34,619 nt of DNA from a virus (Duplodnaviria; Caudoviricetes): the IMG/VR virus record IMGVR_UViG_3300034682_000432, positions 1 to 34,619 of that record; one strand, given 5' to 3'. The stretch's first letter is position 1. Each line of letters begins with the position of its first letter. A program made the position numbers and the translations under genes. The notes beneath the pieces were generated by a model that saw only the letters and a list, made by a program, of their open reading frames with translations, was not told the origin of the DNA and searched no databases. Below, piece by piece: positions 1-9,431 of the stretch.

Positions 1-10
1 AACCCCCCAA

Positions 11-83
11 TGAAGCGCGGCGGGCGTTTAGATCACTAAGAGCTAGCGTTATGATCACTGCGATTAGTGATCACAACACTAGC
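11..83. repeat. attR: prophage right end with three transposase-binding sites (R1, R2 direct; R3 inverted)
   Basis: TGAAGCG at 11 resembles the Mu right end TGAAGCGGCG. GCGTTTAGATCACT (24-37) and GCGTTATGATCACT (46-59) are 22 bp apart, and AGTGATCACAACACTAGC (66-83) is an inverted copy. Flank CCCAA (6-10) fits the Mu NYSRN target consensus. Confidence 0.88.
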
Positions 84-92
84 GTTACACCG

Positions 93-2039
93 TTATAGAT
101 GCAGGCATTCTAATTTGTAGTGAATGTCTGTATTAGCGGCTACTGGAGTGATCACAACATTAGATCCACTTGCAGTGATATTCACGATAGTGCCGCCTTG
201 GGTCCAATCCTGAGCTAGCGTGATGGAGCCGCCTTTATTGTATCCATGTACTTTGATCCACTGCCAAAATGGTGGGATGCCAGATTGCGCAGCCTTAACA
301 GATAGTTCAAATGCCCCTTCGGCAACAATGGGAACGGTAATCGCAGCTGCTAGATTAAAACCGCCAGATGTGATTGTCTCAGCATCAAAGTAAATAGACG
401 TAGCAGCATATCGAGCTCGCTGGTGTACGACACGAGGCAAAACCCATTCCCCGTTAAAGGTATCGACTGGAGCAAGGTTACCTTGGGCATCTAAAACCAA
501 ACCACGGGTGCCGTCGCTTGTATCAATTCGAGCGACAGCTTCATTGGTGTTGATTGCTGACTGCCGAAAATGATTGCGCGCGAGAGGCGTCTGACCTGAT
601 GAAAGACCAGCTACTGCTCGTTGCATGAAATCGATTTGTTGATTGCCGCTAATGACAGATGCTGTTAAGGACTCGACAAAATCACGCTCGGCAGCCCAAT
701 AGCTTAACTGATGCCCCAAAAGATTGGGGTGCACCCATTCGCCCGGATTAAATAGGGCATCTTCCCCAAACAAGGCCACTGCTTTGAACCAGTACCATTC
801 AGCATCAATGACTGGGCATCCGCAATCAGCCGCAGCGCGTCTCATTGCTTCATTCACCCGCATATGACGATATGAAACTGGGATGATGGTGCCATCGCCC
901 GTAGCATCAATATGTTTAATAGAATTTGATGCTGACGGGACAAGCGCCTCATCAGAGACGGGAGCAGGAACACTGATAGGGTAAACTTGGGGATTTCCTG
1001 CGGGCATAGACCATGAAATACGCCCACTGTGTGGATGAGGAGAGGTCAGAACGATCACATCTGAACCAGCGGCCTTAGCTTTTTCGATGATCTCGACACA
1101 GCGAGTGTATACAAAGGGTAAAGTTTGTCCTGCATTATAAATCGCCGTGTTGCCATCATTCATCCCAAATGCCAACACAGTTAATTTTGGCGTTAAAGGC
1201 TCTGCCAATGCGCTTTCTAGAGCACCGACACCATCCGTTAACGTACTGCCATTTACAGATCTGTTATGTGCGGTGATGTTTTTATTGCCCAGTTTGTTAA
1301 ATAACCCATTAATAAGGCTAGTCAAATATGCAACTGGAGCCTGTGTTGCGGGATCAGGCAAAGAAGCCCCATTTCCTACGGAGGAGCCGAGACCCAAAAC
1401 CTGAATCACAAGAGCTGTGGCGTCATTGTAATTTACGAAAGCACGGATGAGTCGTGGTAGCGACGCATAGCTAATCCGCCCCGAATGGTGCCTTACCGAT
1501 TGCATTGCAATCTCATTGATGGACTGGCCTTGGCTTGTCAGTTGTTTGCGAAGCAATTCTAATGACACGTATCGCCATAACCCAGGACCAACGCCACCCA
1601 TAGAGTCTGGAGTAGAACCAGCCGGAACGGACTTTCCAGCTTCTGGGAAAACGCCATCCCATCGATACGCTTTAGATGTGGATTGGTAGAGAAGAACATC
1701 AGATGGGTCTGTAACCGTACCACCCAGTTCAAAGCTACCACTAACGAGATCATATCCAGCATCACCAAGCGAGCGCCGTAACGCTTCACGTGAATTACCG
1801 GCATTTGAAATATTTTTAATAGCCGCTAACAACTGATCATCATCGACCTTGCTCGGATCAATTCCGGCGGCGGCCAGTACGTTCAAGAGTTCATTAGTGA
1901 TCTGATTGAACCAATCACCACCAGGAACAGTAGGTGGCACACCAACCCCACCTTCAGTAAAGAACTTACGAACTGCAGCAGCAACTGGCTTGCGTGTTGG
2001 CTCTACATCAACGCCGGTTCCAGAATCAGGCCAAAACAT
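93..2039 (-). CDS. Tailspike/receptor-binding protein with SGNH-type esterase domain
   Basis: Mu-like fibre N-terminus (FTEG...WFNQITNELLNVL..AGI.P.K.DDDQL), then a tailspike N-terminal-like module (GSFELGGTV...YRWDG..P...VPAGSTP), then SGNH blocks GSS, NG, GMND, HPN..GH. Follows gp48. Confidence 0.85.
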   Translation of the reverse strand: MFWPDSGTGVDVEPTRKPVAAAVRKFFTEGGVGVPPTVPGGDWFNQITNELLNVLAAAGIDPSKVDDDQLLAAIKNISNAGNSREALRRSLGDAGYDLVSGSFELGGTVTDPSDVLLYQSTSKAYRWDGVFPEAGKSVPAGSTPDSMGGVGPGLWRYVSLELLRKQLTSQGQSINEIAMQSVRHHSGRISYASLPRLIRAFVNYNDATALVIQVLGLGSSVGNGASLPDPATQAPVAYLTSLINGLFNKLGNKNITAHNRSVNGSTLTDGVGALESALAEPLTPKLTVLAFGMNDGNTAIYNAGQTLPFVYTRCVEIIEKAKAAGSDVIVLTSPHPHSGRISWSMPAGNPQVYPISVPAPVSDEALVPSASNSIKHIDATGDGTIIPVSYRHMRVNEAMRRAAADCGCPVIDAEWYWFKAVALFGEDALFNPGEWVHPNLLGHQLSYWAAERDFVESLTASVISGNQQIDFMQRAVAGLSSGQTPLARNHFRQSAINTNEAVARIDTSDGTRGLVLDAQGNLAPVDTFNGEWVLPRVVHQRARYAATSIYFDAETITSGGFNLAAAITVPIVAEGAFELSVKAAQSGIPPFWQWIKVHGYNKGGSITLAQDWTQGGTIVNITASGSNVVITPVAANTDIHYKLECLHL

Positions 2040-2041
2040 AG

Positions 2042-2626
2042 TTACACCTCTATATAGTTAAAGTCGTAATAGAAACCGGCCAGCTTCAGACGGTTAAGTA
2101 CGCACTCCAGAACAAGGGGTGCGTTACCGCGAAGCGGGGTCAATACGTTGTCGAGAACGGTGAACCGCTCTTCAGGGATGCCATAAACATCCACTCGGAG
2201 AACGAACCGAGTAGATGCTGGATAAAGGGGATAATTGACGTCACGAAGCACGTGATGTGGCCACTGCTCATAGACCTTCACGGTGAACCCAAGTGCAGCG
2301 GCAATTTGCTCGATTTGCCATGTCTGCAGGCCGCCTTTTCGGTGGTATTTCTCGACCACAGCGGCTCGGCGACGCTCGAATGATTGCTCGGTTACTTCGC
2401 ACTCCGGGAGGCCAAGATAGGTCTCCCACTCCGGAAGCAACTGGACGGTAGTTTCTGGCCGCATCTCAAGCAGCAAACCATCAGCGCTCAGCTCAAGATC
2501 AGCCAAGCGCTTGGCAAAGCCACGCACGTATTTTGGAAGGTAAGCGTCAGGGTCTCTTGGCCAGGCCTTGCCGCGAGGCATTTGCTGAAGAAGAGCATCA
2601 CCCCACTGGTCTACGGAGTGGGCCAT
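2042..2626 (-). CDS. Baseplate wedge protein, Mu gp48/YmfQ (DUF2313) family
   Basis: LLQQMPRGKAW and LLPEWE..LGLP motifs; position after baseplate J. Confidence 0.9.
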   Translation of the reverse strand: MAHSVDQWGDALLQQMPRGKAWPRDPDAYLPKYVRGFAKRLADLELSADGLLLEMRPETTVQLLPEWETYLGLPECEVTEQSFERRRAAVVEKYHRKGGLQTWQIEQIAAALGFTVKVYEQWPHHVLRDVNYPLYPASTRFVLRVDVYGIPEERFTVLDNVLTPLRGNAPLVLECVLNRLKLAGFYYDFNYIEV

Positions 2627-3678
2627 GTGATAACCCCGATCACGTTCAGTTCGTCAGTGGCGGCTGGTACATCAGCGACCAGATCCAGAGCGTAGTTTTG
2701 CAACCCTGCTGAGTTACCGATGGCCGTTCTGACTTTGGATAGCAGTAAGGTATCGCCTGGTTGCAATGTCTGTTCGTACCACTGCAGGTTCATGTTGATC
2801 GCGGCGCGGATATCAGCTGTATCCGGAACTGGAGCGATCACCAGATTAGTAGTTTTCAGCGTCGGCCCGATGAATACGGGTTCGATACCACCAGGGCGGC
2901 CGACAAAGACACCGGTTGCCGGGTCTTGATGCCGGAACAGATATTCCAGCATGAATTGCTTATCAGTTGGGGTTGGCAGGATGTCAGACCGGTCATCAAA
3001 AACCCAGCCGATACCGACCGTGCCGCCACCTTGCCACGAGCCATAGGCCCAGGCTCGCGTAACACCGGCAACTTCACGCATCCACGCCACATAGTCAGCG
3101 GGAGTGCCACCCATCGGTGGGTTGCGCTTGCGGAACAGCAGACGCTCTAAAAGTTGGGGAATGGATTCAATATCCGCCCCACCACTGATATCACCGCTAG
3201 TGCCATTGGATTGCAGCCCTGGAACAGGCGTTACCAGGGTCAGCACTTCACCGGCATCCATGTTGCCATCGACACCAACAACAGAGCATTGAACTTGCAC
3301 AGTGACGACACCGCCGACAGGGGCACTACTGGAGGTAACAGCGTATTGGCGGCCATCCTTGTGAGCCAGAACGGTACCCACTGGTGCGGCAACCGCGCCA
3401 GTCAGAGTGGCTGGGCCAGATGCATAAGTTGCTAGCTTGCGGATAACACCTTCGGCCTGCGCCGTTTCGATGATGGTTTGGTCATCCGACTCAGTTGTCG
3501 GTATGATCTGGCGAACGATCCACATCTGATGATCGTAGAGGTCACGTTGACCCGCAGAGACAGCGATATTCAGCGCCTGTTCGATGCCGAACTTAGGCAG
3601 TACAGTGCCAAGGCTGGATTCAATATCCAGCAGACCGCTGGCAGTAATTTGACGTAGTGTCGGGATGTTATACGGCAT
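2611..3678 (-). CDS. Baseplate J-like protein (Mu gp47)
   Basis: GGADIES...L..RLL..R.PP.GG...DY..W..EVAGVTRAW motif. Confidence 0.93.
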   Translation of the reverse strand: MPYNIPTLRQITASGLLDIESSLGTVLPKFGIEQALNIAVSAGQRDLYDHQMWIVRQIIPTTESDDQTIIETAQAEGVIRKLATYASGPATLTGAVAAPVGTVLAHKDGRQYAVTSSSAPVGGVVTVQVQCSVVGVDGNMDAGEVLTLVTPVPGLQSNGTSGDISGGADIESIPQLLERLLFRKRNPPMGGTPADYVAWMREVAGVTRAWAYGSWQGGGTVGIGWVFDDRSDILPTPTDKQFMLEYLFRHQDPATGVFVGRPGGIEPVFIGPTLKTTNLVIAPVPDTADIRAAINMNLQWYEQTLQPGDTLLLSKVRTAIGNSAGLQNYALDLVADVPAATDELNVIGVITWPTP

Positions 3679-4120
3679 TTGCTTGCGCCTCCCAACGCTG
3701 TTTTATGCTCATCGACATAGGTGAGCCATCACGCTTGGTAATAGCGATATCAAGCTGCAGCCATTGAAACTGTGGAATGGATCCGGTGACTACGACACTA
3801 CGGGCATAATCCGGCTTTAAATGGCGTTCAAGGGCGGTTTGTGCGTAGGTTACAGCCTTGTTTCGCACCTCAGTCGTTAGCTTTGAGCGGTCCAGCAGCC
3901 ATAATTTGCTGCCCCACGCCTGGTCAGAAAAGGTATCACCAACCCAGCCGCGAAAATCGTCAGTGCCGTCTGGCAGCACGTCTGAATCATCAGCCCGGAC
4001 ATCGGTAAAAAGGATCTGCAATACCATGGTTTCCAGGCCATCATCCTGACGCAAACCGGCCGGGGTGATTTCTACATCTCCCCGGCCGGTTCCGCTATTC
4101 CAGATAATGGCTGTAGTCAT
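3668..4120 (-). CDS. Baseplate protein Mu gp46 family
   Basis: LET.V...LFTD.RA...RGW.GD......GSKLWLL.R.KL motif. Confidence 0.93.
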   Translation of the reverse strand: MTTAIIWNSGTGRGDVEITPAGLRQDDGLETMVLQILFTDVRADDSDVLPDGTDDFRGWVGDTFSDQAWGSKLWLLDRSKLTTEVRNKAVTYAQTALERHLKPDYARSVVVTGSIPQFQWLQLDIAITKRDGSPMSMSIKQRWEAQANAV

Positions 4121-4126
4121 CGTCCC

Positions 4127-4681
4127 TCACACGGGGGTAGATGTCTGACCGCCCCCTGACTGATTGTGAATATGGTCCTTCAGCGATGTAGTTCCGGTAG
4201 TTACATCCGTATCTGACGAGATCGCGCCAGCAACATGCAAAGGTCCTTGAATTTCGGTATCAGGGGATATGATGGTGAATTTTTCTGAGGCGTTGATAAT
4301 GACGGTTTTCGCTTGTAGTTCGAGAACTCCATTCTTGCGTAGAATGATTCGGTGACCCTCCAGATGGTATAGACAACTATCGCCTTCTTCCAAGTCTTTT
4401 GGCCTGACAGACTTATCTTCTACGGCAATAGCAACCAGCCCGGCACGAGCACCACCTAACCCCAGAACGACAGCTTCAGAGCCGACGGGTGGCACGCTGG
4501 AATGACCATAGTTCTGGAAGCGCTCGACATCATCTGCCCCCTCATCAGCCAAAACTTTCAACTGCAAGTTCTGCCGCTGCAGTGAGTCATTGACCATGGT
4601 TACAATGGCCCGATCGGCAATCAGGCGTAGACGGCGCTGCAGCGGAGCAATCAGCTTCTGCACATCACGAATGCTTACCAT
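4127..4681 (-). CDS. Baseplate central spike (Mu gp45 / baseplate assembly V)
   Basis: VERFQNYG.SSVPP.GSEAV and C-terminal H-x-H iron-binding tip (SLKDHIH). Confidence 0.93.
   Translation of the reverse strand: MVSIRDVQKLIAPLQRRLRLIADRAIVTMVNDSLQRQNLQLKVLADEGADDVERFQNYGHSSVPPVGSEAVVLGLGGARAGLVAIAVEDKSVRPKDLEEGDSCLYHLEGHRIILRKNGVLELQAKTVIINASEKFTIISPDTEIQGPLHVAGAISSDTDVTTGTTSLKDHIHNQSGGGQTSTPV
4269..4314 (-). promoter_or_regulatory. Putative internal late promoter inside gp45
   Basis: TAATGACGGTTTTCGCTT (4297-4314) is an exact 18-bp match to 16354-16371; -10-like CATCAT at the same spacing. Confidence 0.5.
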
Positions 4682-5754
4682 GTCGTCACCTCTTTGGCCT
4701 GCTTCTTGGGTACTTCAACCGGGATCAACATGGCATCGCGTGGCATCAGATTGATAATGGCTTCCCGCCCGTTTTTATCATCCTCCATCAAGGTCACGTT
4801 CACTATCAGCCAACTCTCATCCAGACCCTGGATCTCATCCTTGATGGGGCACATGCGGTTGATGCGCCAGAGCGGTCCGCTGTTGCCTTCCATACCCTGA
4901 GTGCGCCATCCGGCCACGGTTATTTCTGTCTGGGTGCCTTCACCCATGCTGCGCTGTTTCTGCCACTGCCCACGCTTGCTGGCTCCGGCCACGGTTGTGA
5001 CGTCCTCGGCAATGATGATGCGAGGGCGATAGCGAGTAACATCCGGATCGATGACGGTCGCCTTCTGGCCGCCGATAGTTGCCACCGCTGTGCTATCCCA
5101 TGTCTTGCCGCCGCCGTAGCTGCTGCCTTTAACAATCCATTCAGAAGCCCGATCTCGCATACTGAATGCGCCACGAGCAGCCATAATATTTTCACCAAGG
5201 ATCAAGCTGGCACCCATCACAGCTGCGCTGGCTTGTGTTAGCACCAAGGCACCACTTTCATTGGTGGTCAACAAGATCGCGCGCTGTTTGGCCAGACGGT
5301 CCAGCAGTTCAAAACAGGTCTCACCCTGCTCAATGGCCACACGGGGAAACGCGGTCCCGACGTCACACTCAACGACCACATCGATACTGAATGGCGCACA
5401 GATATCACGAGCTACCCGCTCCAGGGTGGCATCCTGCCACTGGCCTGTTTTATAGATGGCCGAGCAGTCAACCAGATCGCTGGTCTTGCTCCGACCTTGA
5501 ACTACCCAGCTCACCTCTCTGGCGTCATAACTGGGGATGAAGTCATCAACGTATCCGGTCAATACCAGGTCATTGCCAATATGCACGGTGCAAGCGCTGA
5601 GTGGCTTAATCGTCATGATGCTTGGGTTATCCAACTTACGGGTAAGGCTCAGCTCGAAATCCCCGGCGATATCACGCAGGCTGCGGGTGATACGCACCTT
5701 CTGCCAACCGCTGTAGATCTGGCCATCAACGCGCAGGGTGATTACCTCAGCCAT
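4675..5754 (-). CDS. P: Baseplate hub protein (Mu gp44/P)
   Basis: LRVDG..YSGW..V.I.RS, GRSKT.DLVDCS and GENI motifs. Confidence 0.92.
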   Translation of the reverse strand: MAEVITLRVDGQIYSGWQKVRITRSLRDIAGDFELSLTRKLDNPSIMTIKPLSACTVHIGNDLVLTGYVDDFIPSYDAREVSWVVQGRSKTSDLVDCSAIYKTGQWQDATLERVARDICAPFSIDVVVECDVGTAFPRVAIEQGETCFELLDRLAKQRAILLTTNESGALVLTQASAAVMGASLILGENIMAARGAFSMRDRASEWIVKGSSYGGGKTWDSTAVATIGGQKATVIDPDVTRYRPRIIIAEDVTTVAGASKRGQWQKQRSMGEGTQTEITVAGWRTQGMEGNSGPLWRINRMCPIKDEIQGLDESWLIVNVTLMEDDKNGREAIINLMPRDAMLIPVEVPKKQAKEVTTW

Positions 5755-7141
5755 CGATCACCTCCATTTTGGTGGTTGGGGTGATGAATGCCGGGTTCTG
5801 CAGCTTATTGCTGCTGACAAGACGGTCACGATATTCGGCGTTGCCATACTGCTGCCAGGCTAATAATGCCGATGGGGTGGTGGTGGCCAGCACCAATTGA
5901 CGGCGGCGCGGCAACTGGGTACCGCGTTCGCGGCTATCATTCAGAACCGCCAGGCGCAAATCACGCAAGGCACGCCAGACATCACTCTCACCTGCTTCAA
6001 CCGCATCCATGGCCAGCTCTGCCAATTTGGCTGCCAGCGTGTTGGCCATCAACTCCAAATCATCTGCAGTGAGCAACAAATTGCGAGAAGCACCCACCAC
6101 GCCATCCATCACCACAGGGCGGCTCAACTGATTATTGGCTTGGTCACCGGTTAACGACTGGCCGATGGTCACCCCATTCGTGGCATCCGTGGTAAAGGCT
6201 CGGTCACTGCTTAAATCGGCACTCGCAATGGCGCTGGCCGATGCGGTGGCAGAGGCTCGATCAATCAACTTGGTGAACGTGGCACCATTCGCCAGAGCTG
6301 ATGCCAGTTCATCCGGAGAATCACTGGTTGATGCTGATGAGGCGATCCCGGTGCTGGCATTGCTTTTGATGCCAGACGGCAGCCCACCAGTGATAGCCAA
6401 CTCAGCCCGCATCCCTTCCCAGCGACGGCTCACCGAGTCATAGACAGACAGTGCCCGGATAGGGTCAGTCACCACACCCTTGACATCTTCGACGATGCCG
6501 GTTACTTCGCGGGCAAGTTCTCCTGGGTATGCCAGAAGACTACCAACGCTATCCTTGGTACGCATCAAGCGATCGGTCCATTCACGAAACTGATCGGGCA
6601 TGGTCGGCAATCCACGGGTTAACTCATCCAGATCATCCAAAAAGGTATCGACCATGGCGCCCATGTTGTCGATGCCAGTAATAAACTGGTCCATAAAGGA
6701 TTGCTCGGCGGCGTTCTGGGCAGCATCAGCGGCATTGCCAAGGGTGGCCGCAGTATCGATAGCCGCAGAGGGAAACAATCTGGAGCCCGCTTCCCACACA
6801 GTGAAATTGACGTAAGCGACACCGTCCTCTTCATTATCGAGTCGATGGCTTACCTCACCCACCTGCACCGTGCGCACACCCCACCAAGGGTGGATCATCT
6901 CACCGGTACCTGGCTGACCTAATACATCCAGCAGGCTGCGGAACTGGGTAAGATAGTCTTTACCAACCACCTTCCCCGATATTTGTTCATTGGTCAGAAC
7001 CGCCCCATTATCTTCGGTCCATCCAGTTTCACGCTTCGGATATTCACGAGGGATGGCTCGGCGACCACCTTTGCCATCCACCGTATTCAACAAGAACTCA
7101 ACGCCACGGAATGAGGCGGTTAAACGCTCTTCAAAGCTCAT
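5747..7141 (-). CDS. N: DNA circularisation protein (Mu gp43/N)
   Basis: ASFRGVEF...GGRR....EYP.R....EDNG and G.G..IHPWWG N-terminal motifs; follows the tape measure gene. Confidence 0.92.
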   Translation of the reverse strand: MSFEERLTASFRGVEFLLNTVDGKGGRRAIPREYPKRETGWTEDNGAVLTNEQISGKVVGKDYLTQFRSLLDVLGQPGTGEMIHPWWGVRTVQVGEVSHRLDNEEDGVAYVNFTVWEAGSRLFPSAAIDTAATLGNAADAAQNAAEQSFMDQFITGIDNMGAMVDTFLDDLDELTRGLPTMPDQFREWTDRLMRTKDSVGSLLAYPGELAREVTGIVEDVKGVVTDPIRALSVYDSVSRRWEGMRAELAITGGLPSGIKSNASTGIASSASTSDSPDELASALANGATFTKLIDRASATASASAIASADLSSDRAFTTDATNGVTIGQSLTGDQANNQLSRPVVMDGVVGASRNLLLTADDLELMANTLAAKLAELAMDAVEAGESDVWRALRDLRLAVLNDSRERGTQLPRRRQLVLATTTPSALLAWQQYGNAEYRDRLVSSNKLQNPAFITPTTKMEVIDG

Positions 7142-7152
7142 TCAAACCCCCG

Positions 7153-8919
7153 TTATGGCATCAAGCTTGGGCCGGTATCGACGTTGATATTCAGGCCTTG
7201 ATAGATCCCTCTTGGCTTGGCTGTTGCGCCAATAGGCCCATCACTGTGCAAGTAGATATCAAGGGCTGATTTTTCTGCACGCGCTGGCTGTTGATTGTTG
7301 TTTGCAAAGAACGCAGATATCTCATCCCAGGCATCAAGAAAGCCAGGTGCTGCAGGAATTGCAGTGTCACCAAGGTTTTGTGTTTGACCTTTCGTGCGAT
7401 TAATTTTGATAGGTGAAAAATCTGGTGCCATTTCAATAGCTAATCCAGCCTCAGCTCCTCTTAACCCCCATATAAGTGCCGGTAACATTTTTTTACCGAT
7501 CCAATCTTTCCAGCCATTACCGCCAACATCAGGCATATTAGGAAATGACCCTGGCATATTGACGACATAGACAGGGGTTGCACCCAGAGCACCCATCGCA
7601 CTGCCCAATGCTCCGCCTTTCTTACCGGGCTTGGCGGCATCCCATACGCCCTTTGTCCAACGTGCAGCATCCACGCCTTTTTTCACAGCTACTAAACCAC
7701 CGACGACTAAGGCAATGTTTTTTCCGGTTTCTAACCAGTTCTGCACAGCATCCGGATCCAGACTATTAATCGCATCAGCTAGCTCGGCAATCGGTGCAGC
7801 CAACTGCTGATTCGAGAACTGGCTCCAGCTATTGCTGATCAGCTGCATAGAGGCGGCAAAGTCGGCAGATGCAACGGCAGCATCATTCATCGTTGTGGTG
7901 CCATCACCAGCTACCTTGAGAAATTCGTCAAATGCTTTGATATCACCGGACTGCACGAACTCAGCAATCACTGGCTTTAATGCGCGCTTGGCCTCGTCTG
8001 TCAAATTCAAAGCAGCAAGGTTGGTAGAGAGTCCTTTCGACTTCTTAACAATCTCTTCCATCAGCACAGGCAATGAGCGCATGACCTCCTTGCCTTGCTT
8101 GAGTTGTTCCGGATCAAACACATCAATGTTACCCAACTGCTTGAGGCTTTTTACCGTGTCAGGGCGGGTGATATCGCGGATAAGCGATTCGAATGCAGTG
8201 ACAGCCTCGGTATCAGAGCCAACACCTTGGCGTATGATCTGCAGGGCTGCACCAAGTTCGGTGACTGCATCAGCACCTTGCCGACCTGTTGCCGCGTAAG
8301 CTGCAAAAATCTTCGGGCCTTCTTTGGCCATATTGCCCAGGGTGAACGCACCCTGTTTACCTTGCAGGTTGAGGGTATCAATAGCCCGCATTGCGACATC
8401 ATTCGATTCGATGGCCAGCTTCTTGAACTCGGTGAAGATGCCACCCACTTCGGTACCGCCAGCGCCGGTGGCCTGGATAACGGTTGCGATATTCGGCAGG
8501 TTCGCCATGGCGTAATCCAGATCACCGGTTTTAGTCAGTATCTCTTCAATTGCGGCTGTGGCTTCTGATGGGTCAATGCGGATACCTTTTAAATTCGATA
8601 CCCTTTGAATTTCTTCGTAGAGGTCTTTTGATTTTTCGCGGCTAATATCGGCAGCAATCGCAATGCGTGAAATTCGTCTATCTAATTGGGAATAACCACG
8701 AACAGCAGAGCCACCAACCACAGCAGCACCTAATGCCACATAGCGATTACCCAGCGAATCAATTCCACGACCAGCGACAGAGGCAGACATTTTCAGCATG
8801 TTCATTGCGCGCTGATTATTGGCAGCAAATTGATTCATGCTCTGCCCATATTGACGGGCCTTATTCGATAGATTGCCCGCAAGATTAATAACAATATCGG
8901 TGACCAGTTGCTGTCCCAT
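7153..8919 (-). CDS. Tail tape measure protein
   Basis: Long Ala/Gly-rich helical protein between the chaperone and gpN; PVYVVNMP motif. Confidence 0.9.
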   Translation of the reverse strand: MGQQLVTDIVINLAGNLSNKARQYGQSMNQFAANNQRAMNMLKMSASVAGRGIDSLGNRYVALGAAVVGGSAVRGYSQLDRRISRIAIAADISREKSKDLYEEIQRVSNLKGIRIDPSEATAAIEEILTKTGDLDYAMANLPNIATVIQATGAGGTEVGGIFTEFKKLAIESNDVAMRAIDTLNLQGKQGAFTLGNMAKEGPKIFAAYAATGRQGADAVTELGAALQIIRQGVGSDTEAVTAFESLIRDITRPDTVKSLKQLGNIDVFDPEQLKQGKEVMRSLPVLMEEIVKKSKGLSTNLAALNLTDEAKRALKPVIAEFVQSGDIKAFDEFLKVAGDGTTTMNDAAVASADFAASMQLISNSWSQFSNQQLAAPIAELADAINSLDPDAVQNWLETGKNIALVVGGLVAVKKGVDAARWTKGVWDAAKPGKKGGALGSAMGALGATPVYVVNMPGSFPNMPDVGGNGWKDWIGKKMLPALIWGLRGAEAGLAIEMAPDFSPIKINRTKGQTQNLGDTAIPAAPGFLDAWDEISAFFANNNQQPARAEKSALDIYLHSDGPIGATAKPRGIYQGLNINVDTGPSLMP

Positions 8920-8927
8920 ATTATTTC

Positions 8928-9077
8928 CTATTTCTTTTTAGGCGTGATGGCTTGCTTTAATTGGTCAAAGCGGCGCAGCAAGTGGCGCAATGGCAAATAC
9001 TTCAGCTCGACTGAGGGGATATATTTGCTCATGGCTAATATCATCCCCATGACCGGATCAGCCAGCTGGATCAGATC
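8928..9077 (-). CDS. Frameshift extension of tail assembly chaperone (gp41.5-like)
   Basis: Open -2/+1 frame DLIQLADPVMGMILAMSKYIPSVELKYLPLRHLLRRFDQLKQAITPKKK* entered at GGGGGCGA (9083-9076); fills the gap to the tape measure gene. Confidence 0.8.
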   Translation of the reverse strand, partial: DLIQLADPVMGMILAMSKYIPSVELKYLPLRHLLRRFDQLKQAITPKKK

Positions 9078-9429
9078 GCCCCCGGTCGGCCAGCGCTTCT
9101 GTTAATGCCATATCCAACTCTTGGGCTTTGTCTTGTAACATTCCCAAATCATCCACATGCATCCGCTTGAGCTGCTTGACATCCAACGGTCCTTTAATCT
9201 CGCCGATATATTCTACTTGCCGACACAGCAGGTTCAGGCCATACAGAACGTCGCTGGTGTAGGCTATGGCCTTTCCGTTTTGTACTATCACCTTTTCAGA
9301 ATCTAGCTGCGCATCAATCAGATCGGCTGCAGTCAATTCGCGTAGACCCACTTCACGATAAAGGAGTGGCTCATTGTCACTCCCCATCGCTTTCAGGCCA
9401 TGCTCCAGTTCGAAGGTCATCACGGCCAT
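9058..9429 (-). CDS. Tail assembly chaperone (Mu gp41-like)
   Basis: FELEHGL...V.LRELT..D motif; lies between the tube and tape measure genes. Confidence 0.88.
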   Translation of the reverse strand: MAVMTFELEHGLKAMGSDNEPLLYREVGLRELTAADLIDAQLDSEKVIVQNGKAIAYTSDVLYGLNLLCRQVEYIGEIKGPLDVKQLKRMHVDDLGMLQDKAQELDMALTEALADRGRSDPAG

Positions 9430-9431
9430 GG

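Noticed and set aside
24-222. Repeats shared between the tailspike 3' end and the downstream region as a DGR template/variable repeat
   Set aside because: Matches are short, not adenine-specific, and no reverse transcriptase is present; transposase end sites explain them.
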